Source: a bacterium (Candidatus Blackallbacteria) CG13_big_fil_rev_8_21_14_2_50_49_14 (lineage in GTDB: Bacteria; Cyanobacteriota; Sericytochromatia; UBA7694). Taken from it: 64,000 bases of DNA. This document shows, one piece after another, positions 1 through 9,364 of the stretch (position 1 is its first letter; every line of letters begins with the position of its first letter). The stretch lies in NCBI GenBank assembly GCA_002783405.1, contig PFGG01000035.1, positions 194,940 through 258,939 of the forward strand, written 5' to 3'. The notes under the pieces are model-generated. The model did no database searches, had not been told where the DNA came from, and saw only the letters and a list, made by a program, of their open reading frames with translations. A program made the translations under genes and the position numbers.

Positions 1-650
1 CAGATAAACCAAGCAAACCAAAGGGTGATCCCCCCCAGCACATAGGCCAGCCAAAACCAACTGTGGCTAAAATACAAACTCAAACTGACAACAGGCGTAA
101 ACAGCGTCATCAAAACCAAAGAAGACAACCTAGAAACCATCAACATGCTAATAAAAATGCCAATTAAAATCAGGGAAGTGCCCAGATCCGGTTCTTTATA
201 TATCAAAAGAAAAGGCAAGCCGATATGTGCAAGCAAAAGCAGAAGTTGCTTGAAATCAAAGCGTTGAATCAGACTGAGATGGTGGGAGAGGGAAATGATC
301 AAAACCAATTTTGCCAGTTCAGAAGGCTGAAAAGACAGGGGACCCAAATAAAGCCAACGCTGAGAGCCAGCGATCACCGGGCCAATCACCAGCACCAAAG
401 CAAGAAAAATAATCACAATTGCATAAAGTGGGATCACCAAAGAGCGCAGAACATGGTAGCCCACAAAGGCAACGCCAAAGAAAACCAAATAGCCCAAACC
501 CAAAGAAATCAGATGCCGGATAAAAATCCCCATATTGCCTTCGGCGTGCACTTGAACACTCCAAACACATAAACTGCTCAAGCTGAAAAACACAGCCACC
601 AGCAAAAGTACGGGTAAGCTCTGAAACCAAACAGGCCGTGCACGCCTCAT
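1..650 (-). CDS. rodA: Rod shape-determining protein RodA (FtsW/RodA/SpoVE family). The start codon lies inside the window; the C-terminal part runs off the window start.
   Basis: Minus-strand translation from the ATG at 650..648 (ATGA overlap with the mrdA stop) gives MRRARPVWFQSLPVLLLVAVFF...GSQRWLYLGPLSFQPSELAKL..., which is the RodA/FtsW signature. There is no stop before position 1, so the gene is missing from the ORF track. The supplied ORFs 225..572(+) and 319..669(-) are shadow frames. Confidence 0.8.
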   Translation of the reverse strand, partial: MRRARPVWFQSLPVLLLVAVFFSLSSLCVWSVQVHAEGNMGIFIRHLISLGLGYLVFFGVAFVGYHVLRSLVIPLYAIVIIFLALVLVIGPVIAGSQRWLYLGPLSFQPSELAKLVLIISLSHHLSLIQRFDFKQLLLLLAHIGLPFLLIYKEPDLGTSLILIGIFISMLMVSRLSSLVLMTLFTPVVSLSLYFSHSWFWLAYVLGGITLWFAWFI

Positions 651-2473
651 GGTTGCTTCTCCTTTTCAACCTTGGCCAAGGGTCGCTCCAAAAGATAATT
701 CAAGATCTGCTTGGCCAAAGGAGCGGCCTTGCCGCCTCCGCTACCCCCATGCTCCAAAAAGACAGTCATCGCATAGCGGGGATGATCCGTGGGGGCATAA
801 GCGACAATCCAGGCGTGGGTGGGCTTACCAGGAATCGTCTCAGCTGTTCCTGTTTTTCCTGCCACCCCAAAATGCTTCAATTTCATGGCCTTTGCCGTTC
901 CATATGAAACGGCCCCTTCCATGCCTCTGCGCACCACCTCCCAATGACGGGGTTCAATCCCCGAAATCCAACGCTGGTGTTTTTCTGGTTCGGCAGTATA
1001 GATAGACTTACCCGTATTGTCCAAAATTTCCTGCAAAAGATAAGGGCGAGGCATTTTTCCCCCATTGGCAATCGTGGCCACCATCCGTGTCGCCTGTAAA
1101 GGAGTCATTTGAACAAAACCCTGTCCAATAGAAGCATTGACAGAGTCTCCGGGTAACCAATCACTGTGATAAACCTTTTTTTTCCATGCCTTGTCAGGGA
1201 TCAAGCCTGGATGCTCGCCTTGTAATTCAATGCCTGTGGGTTGATCCAATTCAAAAAGACGGGCATGGTCCCGGATCGGCTCAATCCCCATTTTCAGAGC
1301 CAATTCATAAAATACAGTATCGATCGAATGCGCCAATGCTTTGTAAATATTGACAATACCAAAGCCTGTCCGATTCCAGTCATAGAAAATATGGCCCCCC
1401 ACATTCAAAGAACCCCGACTGTAAAAGGTCTGCTCAGGGGTAAGATAACCTTCCTGCAAAGCAGCCAAAGTCGTAATCATCTTAAAAATTGAACCCGGAG
1501 GATAGGGATTCAGCGTGCGATCTAAAAACGGAAAATAACGGGTATTCTGTAAGGTCTTCCACTCTTCCTGGGTTAAGCCTTCTGTAAATAAATTCAAATT
1601 ATAAGAAGGATTGCTGACCATCGCCAAAACAGCCCCGGTATCAGGCTCCATCACCACAATTGCGCCGGGTGCCTTACGGGCCTGCAGTAATTGCATACAA
1701 TATTGCTGTAAAGACTTATCCAAAGTCAGTTTCAGGCTATGCCCAGCTTGCGGAGGAATCGTTTCAGTCTGTTTGTTTTGATTTTTATTGATGTTTAAGG
1801 AATACAGCGATTGGCCATCTTTGCCCTTTAAATAGCGCTCATAGAGACGCTCAAAGCCACTTTTCCCCACCAAAGCACCCGGTCGATAATCTTTATAACG
1901 GGGCAATTTTAATTCCTCAGCCGTAATCTGTCCCATATACCCCAGAATATGAGAGGCCAATTCATTTTCAGGATAAAACCGTTCAAGCTCTGTCACCACC
2001 TCAACCCCAGGCAGACGGCTTTGATTCTCAGAAATCATCGCCAAAGCTTTACTGTTCAGATTATGCGCAAGGTAAATCTGCTCTTCGCTGTCAAAACGCA
2101 CTCTGGCAAGCAATTCCGAATAGGGCAATTCCAAATAATGGGAAAGTCGCTGCAAGGTTTGGTAAGCCTGCTGGGTGGATAAGCGCCCAGGATGAAACAA
2201 GAGCGAGTGTGAAAGTTTATTGGTTGCTAAAATCTTACTTTGCCGATCATAGACCATGCCCCGAGGTGCAAGTAAGGGCATGGAACGCATTCTGTTTTTT
2301 TCGGCTCGCGCACTGAGTTCTTCGTGTTGAACAATTTGCAAGGAAAACAGACGAAATAAAAGCAAAAAACCAATCAGAATAACAGCTGCAAAAATCCAGA
2401 GAATGCGCCGGTGCGTGCGGGCTTTATAATAATCAAAATCGTAGAGAGAAGCGCCTGAGTCGAAATTGCTCAT
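647..2473 (-). CDS. mrdA: Penicillin-binding protein 2 (peptidoglycan D,D-transpeptidase)
   Basis: 608 aa with an N-terminal TM helix. Active-site SxxK is present (GSIFKMITT), as are SxN and the KTG triad (GKTGTA). The gene lies immediately upstream of rodA and is translationally coupled to it, as in mrdAB operons. Confidence 0.9.
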   Translation of the reverse strand: MSNFDSGASLYDFDYYKARTHRRILWIFAAVILIGFLLLFRLFSLQIVQHEELSARAEKNRMRSMPLLAPRGMVYDRQSKILATNKLSHSLLFHPGRLSTQQAYQTLQRLSHYLELPYSELLARVRFDSEEQIYLAHNLNSKALAMISENQSRLPGVEVVTELERFYPENELASHILGYMGQITAEELKLPRYKDYRPGALVGKSGFERLYERYLKGKDGQSLYSLNINKNQNKQTETIPPQAGHSLKLTLDKSLQQYCMQLLQARKAPGAIVVMEPDTGAVLAMVSNPSYNLNLFTEGLTQEEWKTLQNTRYFPFLDRTLNPYPPGSIFKMITTLAALQEGYLTPEQTFYSRGSLNVGGHIFYDWNRTGFGIVNIYKALAHSIDTVFYELALKMGIEPIRDHARLFELDQPTGIELQGEHPGLIPDKAWKKKVYHSDWLPGDSVNASIGQGFVQMTPLQATRMVATIANGGKMPRPYLLQEILDNTGKSIYTAEPEKHQRWISGIEPRHWEVVRRGMEGAVSYGTAKAMKLKHFGVAGKTGTAETIPGKPTHAWIVAYAPTDHPRYAMTVFLEHGGSGGGKAAPLAKQILNYLLERPLAKVEKEKQP

Positions 2474-2498
2474 GCCCCGGTCATCTCCGACCGGAAAC

Positions 2499-3227
2499 TC
2501 AAAATGATTGAAGCAGACGGGGCAGGTCTGTCTTCAGCAGACGTTCGAGTTCATCAGAACGGGTACTGTCATAATAACCCCTGATCTGCAATTGAGAATC
2601 TACCAGCACAAACTTCTGGCTGTGCAAAAAGGGTTGTGCCTCGTCTTGCTTGGTTTGAGCACTGGCAGACTCATGATGTGCATGCGCGGCAGGAACAGGC
2701 TCGAGCGCCTGAACAGGCAAATGAAACTCTTTTTGCGCCAGTCGATAAAGGGCTTCACGGGGCCCTGTCAAAAACTTCCAGATTTTAGCATCAGCCTGAA
2801 ACCGGGCAGCATATTCTGTCAGTTTTTGAGGGGTATCTCTTTCAGGGTCTACACTAAAAGAAACCAAATGCACATGCTCTTTACCCGAGAGCGCCTGTTG
2901 AAGGCGGGCCATTTCAGCGGTCATGAGCGGACACTCTGTCGTACAACTGGTATAAATAAAATCGGCAATCCAAACCCGACCTTTTAAGGCCTCAGATCCC
3001 CAAGCTTGTCCATTGCGTTCCATAAATGAAAAGGAGTTCAGACTGCCATAGACAGGCAATTGTCCCGAAACACGCTGAGCCTCAACTCGAACAGCAGGCG
3101 GTTCTGCACTTTCAGCCAAATTTTGGGAGGGCTGACGAATCGCATAACAAGCAGAAGATACCAGAAAAGCAAGCAGAGCAAGCGCTATAAACTGAGAAAA
3201 AAAGGGGACTTCTTGATCCTTCTCCAT
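2499..3227 (-). CDS. SCO1/SenC family copper chaperone (thioredoxin-like), paralogue 1
   Basis: N-terminal membrane anchor and the CxxxC motif YTSCTTECPLM typical of Sco proteins. A His-rich insert (AHAHHESASAQ) precedes FLHSQKFVLVD. The gene sits next to ctaB and the oxidase genes. Confidence 0.8.
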   Translation of the reverse strand: MEKDQEVPFFSQFIALALLAFLVSSACYAIRQPSQNLAESAEPPAVRVEAQRVSGQLPVYGSLNSFSFMERNGQAWGSEALKGRVWIADFIYTSCTTECPLMTAEMARLQQALSGKEHVHLVSFSVDPERDTPQKLTEYAARFQADAKIWKFLTGPREALYRLAQKEFHLPVQALEPVPAAHAHHESASAQTKQDEAQPFLHSQKFVLVDSQLQIRGYYDSTRSDELERLLKTDLPRLLQSF

Positions 3228-3242
3228 GATAGGTTATCCTTT

Positions 3243-4175
3243 TTAGGCTGGCAAACAATTCACAAACATCATAACAAAGAGCAGGCACAGGTAGAAAATT
3301 GAAAAGAAGAAAAGTTGGTAAGCCCGTTTGGAAGTGACGGGTTGAAAAATAAATTTGATTGTCAAACCCAAATAGGTAATTCCCAACAAAGCCGCAACCC
3401 CCATATAAATAGGCCCGGTCACGCCCAACCAAAACAGTGAAAGACTGGCAGGCAAAAGCAAAACCGTATAGATCAGCATTTGTCGTTTGGTTACGGCTTC
3501 ACCTTTGACCACAGGCAACATGGGAATATTCACACGGCGGTATTCTTCACTGCGAATCAGGGCAATCGCCCAAAAATGAGGCGGTTGCCAAAGATACATA
3601 ATAATAAACAAAGCAAGGGCTGTGGTATCAATGCGACCCGTTACGGCGGTTACCCCTAAAACCGTAGGCAGCGCCCCTGAAATCCCTCCAATAGAGGTAC
3701 AAAGCGGGCTCCAACGCTTAAGCCAAATGGTATAAATCACGACATAAAAGAAATTGGTAAACAAGGCCAATGCGGCCGTCAACATATTCACAGTCAGACT
3801 TAAAAAGACAAATGAACTGAGCCCCAAAAAAGTCCCCAACCAGAGAGCCACCTGAGGAGACAGCCGTCCTGTGGGCAAAGGTCGGTTGCGCGTACGCTGC
3901 ATATGTTGATCAATTTCACGGTCAATAAAATTATTAAAAGCACTGCTGGAGCCCGATGCCATCCCAACCCCCAAAAGGGTTGAAATGACCAGTAAAAGTG
4001 GAGGAACACCTCTGACTGCCAGCCACATTCCAGTAAAAGTAGTAATCAAAACTAAAAAAGTAATCCGTGGTTTGGTTAAATCATAGGCATCGCGCAGCCA
4101 TTGACGGATTTGAGTTTGCGGTGGAGCCAAAGATGCTGGCTCTGACGATAAGGTCATATTTCCCTGTTCAAGCAT
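3243..4175 (-). CDS. ctaB: Protoheme IX farnesyltransferase (heme O synthase)
   Basis: 310-aa polytopic UbiA-family protein. It lies between Sco and the cytochrome oxidase operon, the position typical for CtaB/CyoE. Confidence 0.8.
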   Translation of the reverse strand: MLEQGNMTLSSEPASLAPPQTQIRQWLRDAYDLTKPRITFLVLITTFTGMWLAVRGVPPLLLVISTLLGVGMASGSSSAFNNFIDREIDQHMQRTRNRPLPTGRLSPQVALWLGTFLGLSSFVFLSLTVNMLTAALALFTNFFYVVIYTIWLKRWSPLCTSIGGISGALPTVLGVTAVTGRIDTTALALFIIMYLWQPPHFWAIALIRSEEYRRVNIPMLPVVKGEAVTKRQMLIYTVLLLPASLSLFWLGVTGPIYMGVAALLGITYLGLTIKFIFQPVTSKRAYQLFFFSIFYLCLLFVMMFVNCLPA

Positions 4176-4547
4176 TTCACTTATGATTCCCGGTTCATGA
4201 TACTGAGTTGGGCAGTCAGAGCAAAGACTTCTCTTTGAGCAAGATATTTCAAATTATATCTTCAGTTTGCACTTTCTAATGAAATATTTAAATTTAATCA
4301 ATAAAAAGCATCAATGTGCACTGCCAATCCCAAGAGAATTCTGTCTGGAAAGTCCATACTGCTTCTAAAAGTCAGTTTACCACGGACCTAGCTTGATTTT
4401 GTCTGAATCCCCCTGCTTTTTAATCACAAACCAGGGAAGGAATTCAGAGACTCCAAAACAGCCAGTTCAGTCTTCTCGAGCATTCGCTTCTTGATTTGTC
4501 AATATGAAATGGGGGAGCCAAAATGCTGATACATATCAAAATAATTT

Positions 4548-4606
4548 TTGACCTGTATCAAAGGGTGTTTTTCAAGCTTATTTATACAATAAAGGGTGTT
4601 TATATT
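4548..4606 (+). promoter_or_regulatory. Candidate promoter/operator upstream of oxidase operon 1, with a direct repeat AAAGGGTGTTT at 4560..4570 and 4591..4601
   Basis: TTGACC at 4548..4553. The two 11-nt direct repeats are 31 bp apart and the second overlaps the TATATT at 4601..4606. The region lies in a 565-bp intergenic leader before coxB1. An AAGGA Shine-Dalgarno sits 10 nt before the ATG at 4742. Confidence 0.3.
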
Positions 4607-4741
4607 TTAAGGGAATTCTTAGTATCCAAAGGCGTACAGACATAATTCCCTCCGCCCAGGAATAATTACCTCATTTTTAATGGGCGAATCGATCTTTCCA
4701 AATCTTGTTTTCTAAATGTTTTTGAAAAGGAACTGACAGGG

Positions 4742-5821
4742 ATGAATTTCTTACCTTTGCCAGAAAATATCTCCACATTTGGAGTGGAGTTAGACTCGCT
4801 TGCCCACCTGATCACGATTATTACGATGACAGCTTTTGTAATAGCAGAAGGTATTTTGTTCTATTTCATTCTGCGTTTCCGTAAGAAAGCCAATCAGAAA
4901 GCCAGCTATATTCCAGGAAATAACTGGAAACAATTGCGTTGGATCTTTATCCCCTTGCTCGTTGTCGTAGGTTTCGATTTTCTTATTGATGAAAAGAATA
5001 CCCATGCCTGGACCATGATTAAACAGGAAATCCCTGAAAAAAAACACTATGAACTGGTTGAAATTACAGGTCAACAGTTTTCATGGCTTTTCCGTTATCC
5101 CGGCAAAGACGGTTTACTGGGTACCGTTGATGATTTCACCAGTACCAATGAATTGCATATCCCGGTCAATGAGACGATTGTCTTCTATCTAAAAGCCAAA
5201 GATGTTTTACACAGCTTCTACGTTCCCAATATGCGTTTTAAACAGGATGCTGTTCCAGGCCGAACCATCAAGGGTTGGTTTGATTCAACAAAAACAGGCA
5301 CCTTTGATATTGCCTGCGCTGAAATCTGCGGCGGAGGTCATAGCATCATGAAAGCCAGCCTGATCGTTCAAAACAAACAAGACTATCAAAATTGGATCGA
5401 ACAAGAATCGGCAAAAATCAAATTACCTGCCCCTGGAGATCTGAAAGCCCCCGTTGCTTCGCCGAGCCCGACAGCGGCCGAACATGGAACAGCCAGCTCC
5501 CATTCCACGGAAGCGGCCCAACCAGCAGCAAAAACGATCAGTGGAGAACAACTGCTCAAGGATAAAGGCTGCCTCGGCTGCCACACCTTAGACGGCTCTA
5601 AACTGGTAGGCCCAACCTATAAAGGTTTAGTCGGTCGAAAAGAAACAATCCTGACACAGGATAAGGAACATGAAATTACCGTCGATGAAGCCTATCTTCG
5701 CCGTTCTATTCAAGAACCCAATGCTGATATCGTCAAAGGCTATTCAGCTCTGATGCCTCAAACCCCACTGAGTGAAGAAGAGCTGAATACGATTATAAAC
5801 TACCTGAAAGAATTAAAATAA
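4742..5821 (+). CDS. coxB: Cytochrome c oxidase subunit II with a C-terminal cytochrome c domain (caa3-type)
   Basis: Two N-terminal TM helices. CuA centre motif H..CAEICGGGHSIM. C-terminal CxxCH (GCLGCHTL) with a downstream Met ligand region. Confidence 0.9.
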   Translation: MNFLPLPENISTFGVELDSLAHLITIITMTAFVIAEGILFYFILRFRKKANQKASYIPGNNWKQLRWIFIPLLVVVGFDFLIDEKNTHAWTMIKQEIPEKKHYELVEITGQQFSWLFRYPGKDGLLGTVDDFTSTNELHIPVNETIVFYLKAKDVLHSFYVPNMRFKQDAVPGRTIKGWFDSTKTGTFDIACAEICGGGHSIMKASLIVQNKQDYQNWIEQESAKIKLPAPGDLKAPVASPSPTAAEHGTASSHSTEAAQPAAKTISGEQLLKDKGCLGCHTLDGSKLVGPTYKGLVGRKETILTQDKEHEITVDEAYLRRSIQEPNADIVKGYSALMPQTPLSEEELNTIINYLKELK

Positions 5822-5838
5822 GGAGCAGCTGGTGAACT

Positions 5839-7554
5839 ATGGCCACTGAAGTAATCCAACACTCAGTATCTCCACATGAACATCATGAACTGAGTTTCTG
5901 GCGCAAATATATTTTTTCAACTGATCATAAAGTCATCGGCATGCAATACCTGCTCACAGGACTGCTGATGGTATTCTTGGGCGGATTTTTCGCCTATGTC
6001 TTTCGCATGCAATTGGCCTTTCCTGGTCAAGCCATTCCTGGCTTTGGAAAGTTAGACGCCAATACCTACAATATGCTGATTACCATGCACGGCACCATTA
6101 TGATCTTTTGGGTTGCCATGCCTGTTCTTGTTGCAGCTTTCGGAAACCTGCTGATTCCAACGATGATCGGCGCAGATGATATGGCGTTTCCAACCCTCAA
6201 CATGATTTCCTACTGGGTTTTCTTCATCAGTACAGTCGTGCTGATTCTATCGATGGTTTTACCTGGTCCCATGGCCACGGGGTGGACAGCCTATCCACCG
6301 CTTTCAGCCAATGCCTACCCCGCCAAAGTAGATTTTTGGGGAGGCATTGGTGGCAGTCTCTGGATTTTGGCTGTTGCGCTTGAGTTCATTGCCTTCCTGA
6401 TTGGGGGGATTAATTTCCTGGTAACAACCTTCAATATGCGGGCTCCAGGCATGAAACTAATGGATATGCCCATTACCGTCTGGATGATGGATATTGCAGT
6501 TCTGGTCTTCATGTTTTCAGTGGGCCCTCTGGTAGCGGGTGCTGTCATGTTGCTCTTTGACCGTGCTTTTGGAACAGGCTTCTATAACCCAGCGGCAGGG
6601 GGAGATCCGATTCTCTTCCAACACTTTTTCTGGTTCTTTGGGCATCCAGAAGTCTATGTCATTCTCTTACCAGGTTTGGGAATGGTGGCTGAGATACTGG
6701 CAACCATGTCGCGTAAACCTCTATTCGGCTATAAAGCCATTATCTATGCCTCAATCATTTCTGGCTTCCTTTCATTTATTGTTTGGGCTCACCACCAGTT
6801 CATTGCTGGTATCGATCCCCGCATGGCTGTCTTTTTCAGTATTACCACTATCATGATCTCAGTTCCCTTCGCTGTTTGGATGTTTGCCGCTATTGCAACC
6901 CTTTGGAAAGGATCGATCACCTTAAATACTCCCATGCTTTTCGCTTTGGGTTTTATTGGTGAGTTTTTGTTGGGCGGTGTAACAGGTATTTATCTGGGAG
7001 CCAGCGCCTTTGACATCTATGCACATGATAACTATTTTGTAGTTGCACATTTCCACTATGCCTTGATTCCCGATGTTTTCTTTGGTGGACTGGCTGCAAT
7101 TTATTTCTGGTATCCCAAATTCATCGGACGCATGTATAACGAAACGCTCGGTAAGATTCACTTTTGGCTTACAACGATTGGTTTCAATATGATCTTTCTG
7201 CCCTTATTTTACAATGGTTTCAAAGGTCAACACCGGCGTATTTTCGACTATTCAGCCTGGCCCAACCTCATGGCTCCAGACTTGGTTCAAAACCGTGTCA
7301 TTGCAACCATTGGGGTCATTATTTTAATTGCTGCTCAAATTCCATTTCTCATCAATATGATTCATAGTTTTCGTAAAGGCCCCAAAGCTGAACGAAATCC
7401 ATGGAAAGCCAACTCATTGGAATGGGCGACAGCATCCCCCCCTCCTCACGGTAATTTTGACACCTACCCCAATGTTTACCGTGGACCTTATGAATACAGC
7501 GTGCCTGGCCGTGAAGAAGATTTTTGGCCTCAGCACATTGCGAACGAAACATAG
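5839..7554 (+). CDS. ctaD: Cytochrome c oxidase subunit I
   Basis: 571 aa and 12 or more TM helices. Contains WFFGHPEVYVILLPGLGMV, HHQF and FVVAHFHY, the canonical heme-copper oxidase histidine ligands. Confidence 0.95.
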   Translation: MATEVIQHSVSPHEHHELSFWRKYIFSTDHKVIGMQYLLTGLLMVFLGGFFAYVFRMQLAFPGQAIPGFGKLDANTYNMLITMHGTIMIFWVAMPVLVAAFGNLLIPTMIGADDMAFPTLNMISYWVFFISTVVLILSMVLPGPMATGWTAYPPLSANAYPAKVDFWGGIGGSLWILAVALEFIAFLIGGINFLVTTFNMRAPGMKLMDMPITVWMMDIAVLVFMFSVGPLVAGAVMLLFDRAFGTGFYNPAAGGDPILFQHFFWFFGHPEVYVILLPGLGMVAEILATMSRKPLFGYKAIIYASIISGFLSFIVWAHHQFIAGIDPRMAVFFSITTIMISVPFAVWMFAAIATLWKGSITLNTPMLFALGFIGEFLLGGVTGIYLGASAFDIYAHDNYFVVAHFHYALIPDVFFGGLAAIYFWYPKFIGRMYNETLGKIHFWLTTIGFNMIFLPLFYNGFKGQHRRIFDYSAWPNLMAPDLVQNRVIATIGVIILIAAQIPFLINMIHSFRKGPKAERNPWKANSLEWATASPPPHGNFDTYPNVYRGPYEYSVPGREEDFWPQHIANET

Positions 7555-7568
7555 AGGAGATCAACTAT

Positions 7569-8183
7569 ATGTCAAGCACAGCTATTGCTCAGGAAGAGCA
7601 CGCTCAAGACACTTCTCCCCAAGCCAGAAGACGTGTTTTGATGGCAGATATGCCCAAAGGGCGATTGGCCATGTGGTGGCTCATCGCCTCTGAAGTCGTT
7701 ATCTTTGGAGGCTTAATTGCCACCTATATCATGTTCCGTTTACGCCATCCCGAATGGGGACACGCAGCCGCCCATACTTCCACACCCATGGGAGCATTGA
7801 ATACATTTTTTCTCCTGACCAGTAGTTTGACCATTGTATTGGCCCATGATGCCGCCAATCGCAAAGACCTCAAAGGAGCCGTGCGTAATATGCTGATTAC
7901 GCTTGGTTTTGGTTTGGGATTTTTGGTGGTCAAGTCTATTGAATACAGTACCGAAATCAGTCATGGCTTTACTCTCACGGCAGAACTTTTTTGGAGCTTT
8001 TATTTCCTAATGACAGGTTTACACGCACTCCACGTGATAGCAGGCATGACCACCATCTTCATTGTTATGCTGGGTGTGCGCAAAGGAAAAAACCTACAGA
8101 GAGTCGAGTTTGCTGGGCTCTATTGGCACTTGGTTGACTTGGTCTGGATTTTGCTTTTCCCTTTACTCTATATCGCGCATTAA
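7569..8183 (+). CDS. Cytochrome c oxidase subunit III
   Basis: GAGGAG Shine-Dalgarno 9 nt upstream of the ATG at 7569; the ORF-track start at 7524 overlaps ctaD. 5-TM protein ending ...GLYWHLVDLVWILLFPLLY, which is the subunit III signature. Confidence 0.85.
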   Translation: MSSTAIAQEEHAQDTSPQARRRVLMADMPKGRLAMWWLIASEVVIFGGLIATYIMFRLRHPEWGHAAAHTSTPMGALNTFFLLTSSLTIVLAHDAANRKDLKGAVRNMLITLGFGLGFLVVKSIEYSTEISHGFTLTAELFWSFYFLMTGLHALHVIAGMTTIFIVMLGVRKGKNLQRVEFAGLYWHLVDLVWILLFPLLYIAH

Positions 8184-8195
8184 GGAGGCTTCAAA

Positions 8196-8519
8196 ATGGC
8201 AATACACAACCCAACGGCCCATCATCCAGAAGAGGATTATCACGGCCATCCCAATTATTTTAAAACCTACTTTATCTTATTGACTATTTTTGGCCTCAGT
8301 TTGGCAGCAGGCTTTCTAGACAATATGCTCATGGCCATTCTGCTTATTTTTGGCATGGCCATAATAAAAATGATGTATGTTGCCAATAATTTCATGCATC
8401 TGCGTTTTGAGCCTGTTTCCGTTTGGTTTGCTGTTATTTTTGGTCTTGTTTGCTGTTTTATTTTCTATTTTGGTATTTACCCCGATATTATGATGGTACC
8501 TTTGGAAGTTGCTCGCTAA
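8196..8519 (+). CDS. Cytochrome c oxidase subunit IV (small caa3-type CoxD/CtaF-like membrane subunit)
   Basis: 107 aa with three hydrophobic helices. GGAGG Shine-Dalgarno upstream. The position directly after subunit III matches ctaF/coxD of caa3 operons. Confidence 0.6.
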   Translation: MAIHNPTAHHPEEDYHGHPNYFKTYFILLTIFGLSLAAGFLDNMLMAILLIFGMAIIKMMYVANNFMHLRFEPVSVWFAVIFGLVCCFIFYFGIYPDIMMVPLEVAR

Positions 8520-9137
8520 ATGCTCATCAATGAAAACATCCCCACTGCCCGAGCAATGCCGCGTCGTCCTTTGATCGCCAATAGCATTTTGGGTATGATC
8601 TTTTTTCTAGCCACAGAATTGATGTTGTTTGCTGCTTTTATCAGTGCCTATCTGGTGAATCGAACCAATGCCGGTTTTGCTTGGCCTCCTCCCGGTCAGC
8701 CCAGACTGCCCATCGAAGCCACCGCTTTGAACACTGCTTTTTTAATCGTAAGTGGAGTAAGCTTGCTCTGGGCTTGGTTCAGTTTAAGACAAAAAAAATC
8801 AGTCCAAAAATGGCTCTGGACAACCCTTTTAACAGGAAGTATTTTTGTCCTGCTTCAAGGCTTTGAATGGTTGCAATTGCTTCGTTTCGGACTCACAGTA
8901 TCTTCCAGTCTCTACGGTGCTTTTTTCTATCTGATCATTGGAGCACATGCACTCCATGCGATTGCAGGCTTGCTCTTTCTGTGGGCCAGTCTCAAGCAAT
9001 TTCAAAAAAAACCAGAATTGGTTAATCTGCCAAGACCCTTGCAATCTGCTCAATCACTTTTTCCTTCCGCAGCGCTTTTCTGGGGTTTTGTTGTTACTAT
9101 CTGGCCCGTAATTTATGGGTTTGTCTACCTGCTATGA
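8520..9137 (+). CDS. Extra subunit-III-like (NorE/CoxC-like) 4-5-TM membrane protein
   Basis: Its start overlaps the preceding stop. Contains ...GAFFYLIIGAHALHAIAGLLFLW..., which resembles the subunit III / NorE helix pair. It is shorter than a canonical subunit III. Confidence 0.5.
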   Translation: MLINENIPTARAMPRRPLIANSILGMIFFLATELMLFAAFISAYLVNRTNAGFAWPPPGQPRLPIEATALNTAFLIVSGVSLLWAWFSLRQKKSVQKWLWTTLLTGSIFVLLQGFEWLQLLRFGLTVSSSLYGAFFYLIIGAHALHAIAGLLFLWASLKQFQKKPELVNLPRPLQSAQSLFPSAALFWGFVVTIWPVIYGFVYLL

Positions 9138-9364
9138 ACACAAAAACTGCATTCTTCTGGATTTGCGCGATGCAATGGATTTTTCCCTGCTTTAGTTGGG
9201 GCTGTAATTGTATCTCTGACGGAGGAAGCAGTAAAAGTGCAGCCATGTATCAAGGCATTACCCTTTTACTGGCTGGGCTCCCGCTTTTATTTTGTTTGAG
9301 TTTATTCGGCCTTTATTACTGGCTCAAACGACAGGAACAATCCCCCGCATTGGAAACCCTGTGA
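9134..9364 (+). CDS. Small Cys-rich membrane protein (76 aa) of unknown function
   Basis: ATGA overlap with the upstream gene and GTGA overlap with the downstream Sco gene, implying translational coupling. N-terminal CAMQWIFPCFSWGCNC (four Cys) followed by one TM helix. Confidence 0.35.
   Translation: MNTKTAFFWICAMQWIFPCFSWGCNCISDGGSSKSAAMYQGITLLLAGLPLLFCLSLFGLYYWLKRQEQSPALETL

Noticed and set aside
225-669. ORF-track entries 225..572(+) and 319..669(-) as genes
   Set aside because: Both are shadow frames of rodA. The real gene is on the minus strand in a different frame, identified by the GSQRWLYLGPLSFQPSELAKL signature, and is missing from the track only because it runs off the window start.
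8520-9137. Calling 8520..9137 a second full cytochrome oxidase subunit III
   Set aside because: It has only 4-5 helices and lacks the C-terminal GLYWH.VD..W signature that both bona fide subunit III copies show. It is labelled subunit-III/NorE-like instead.
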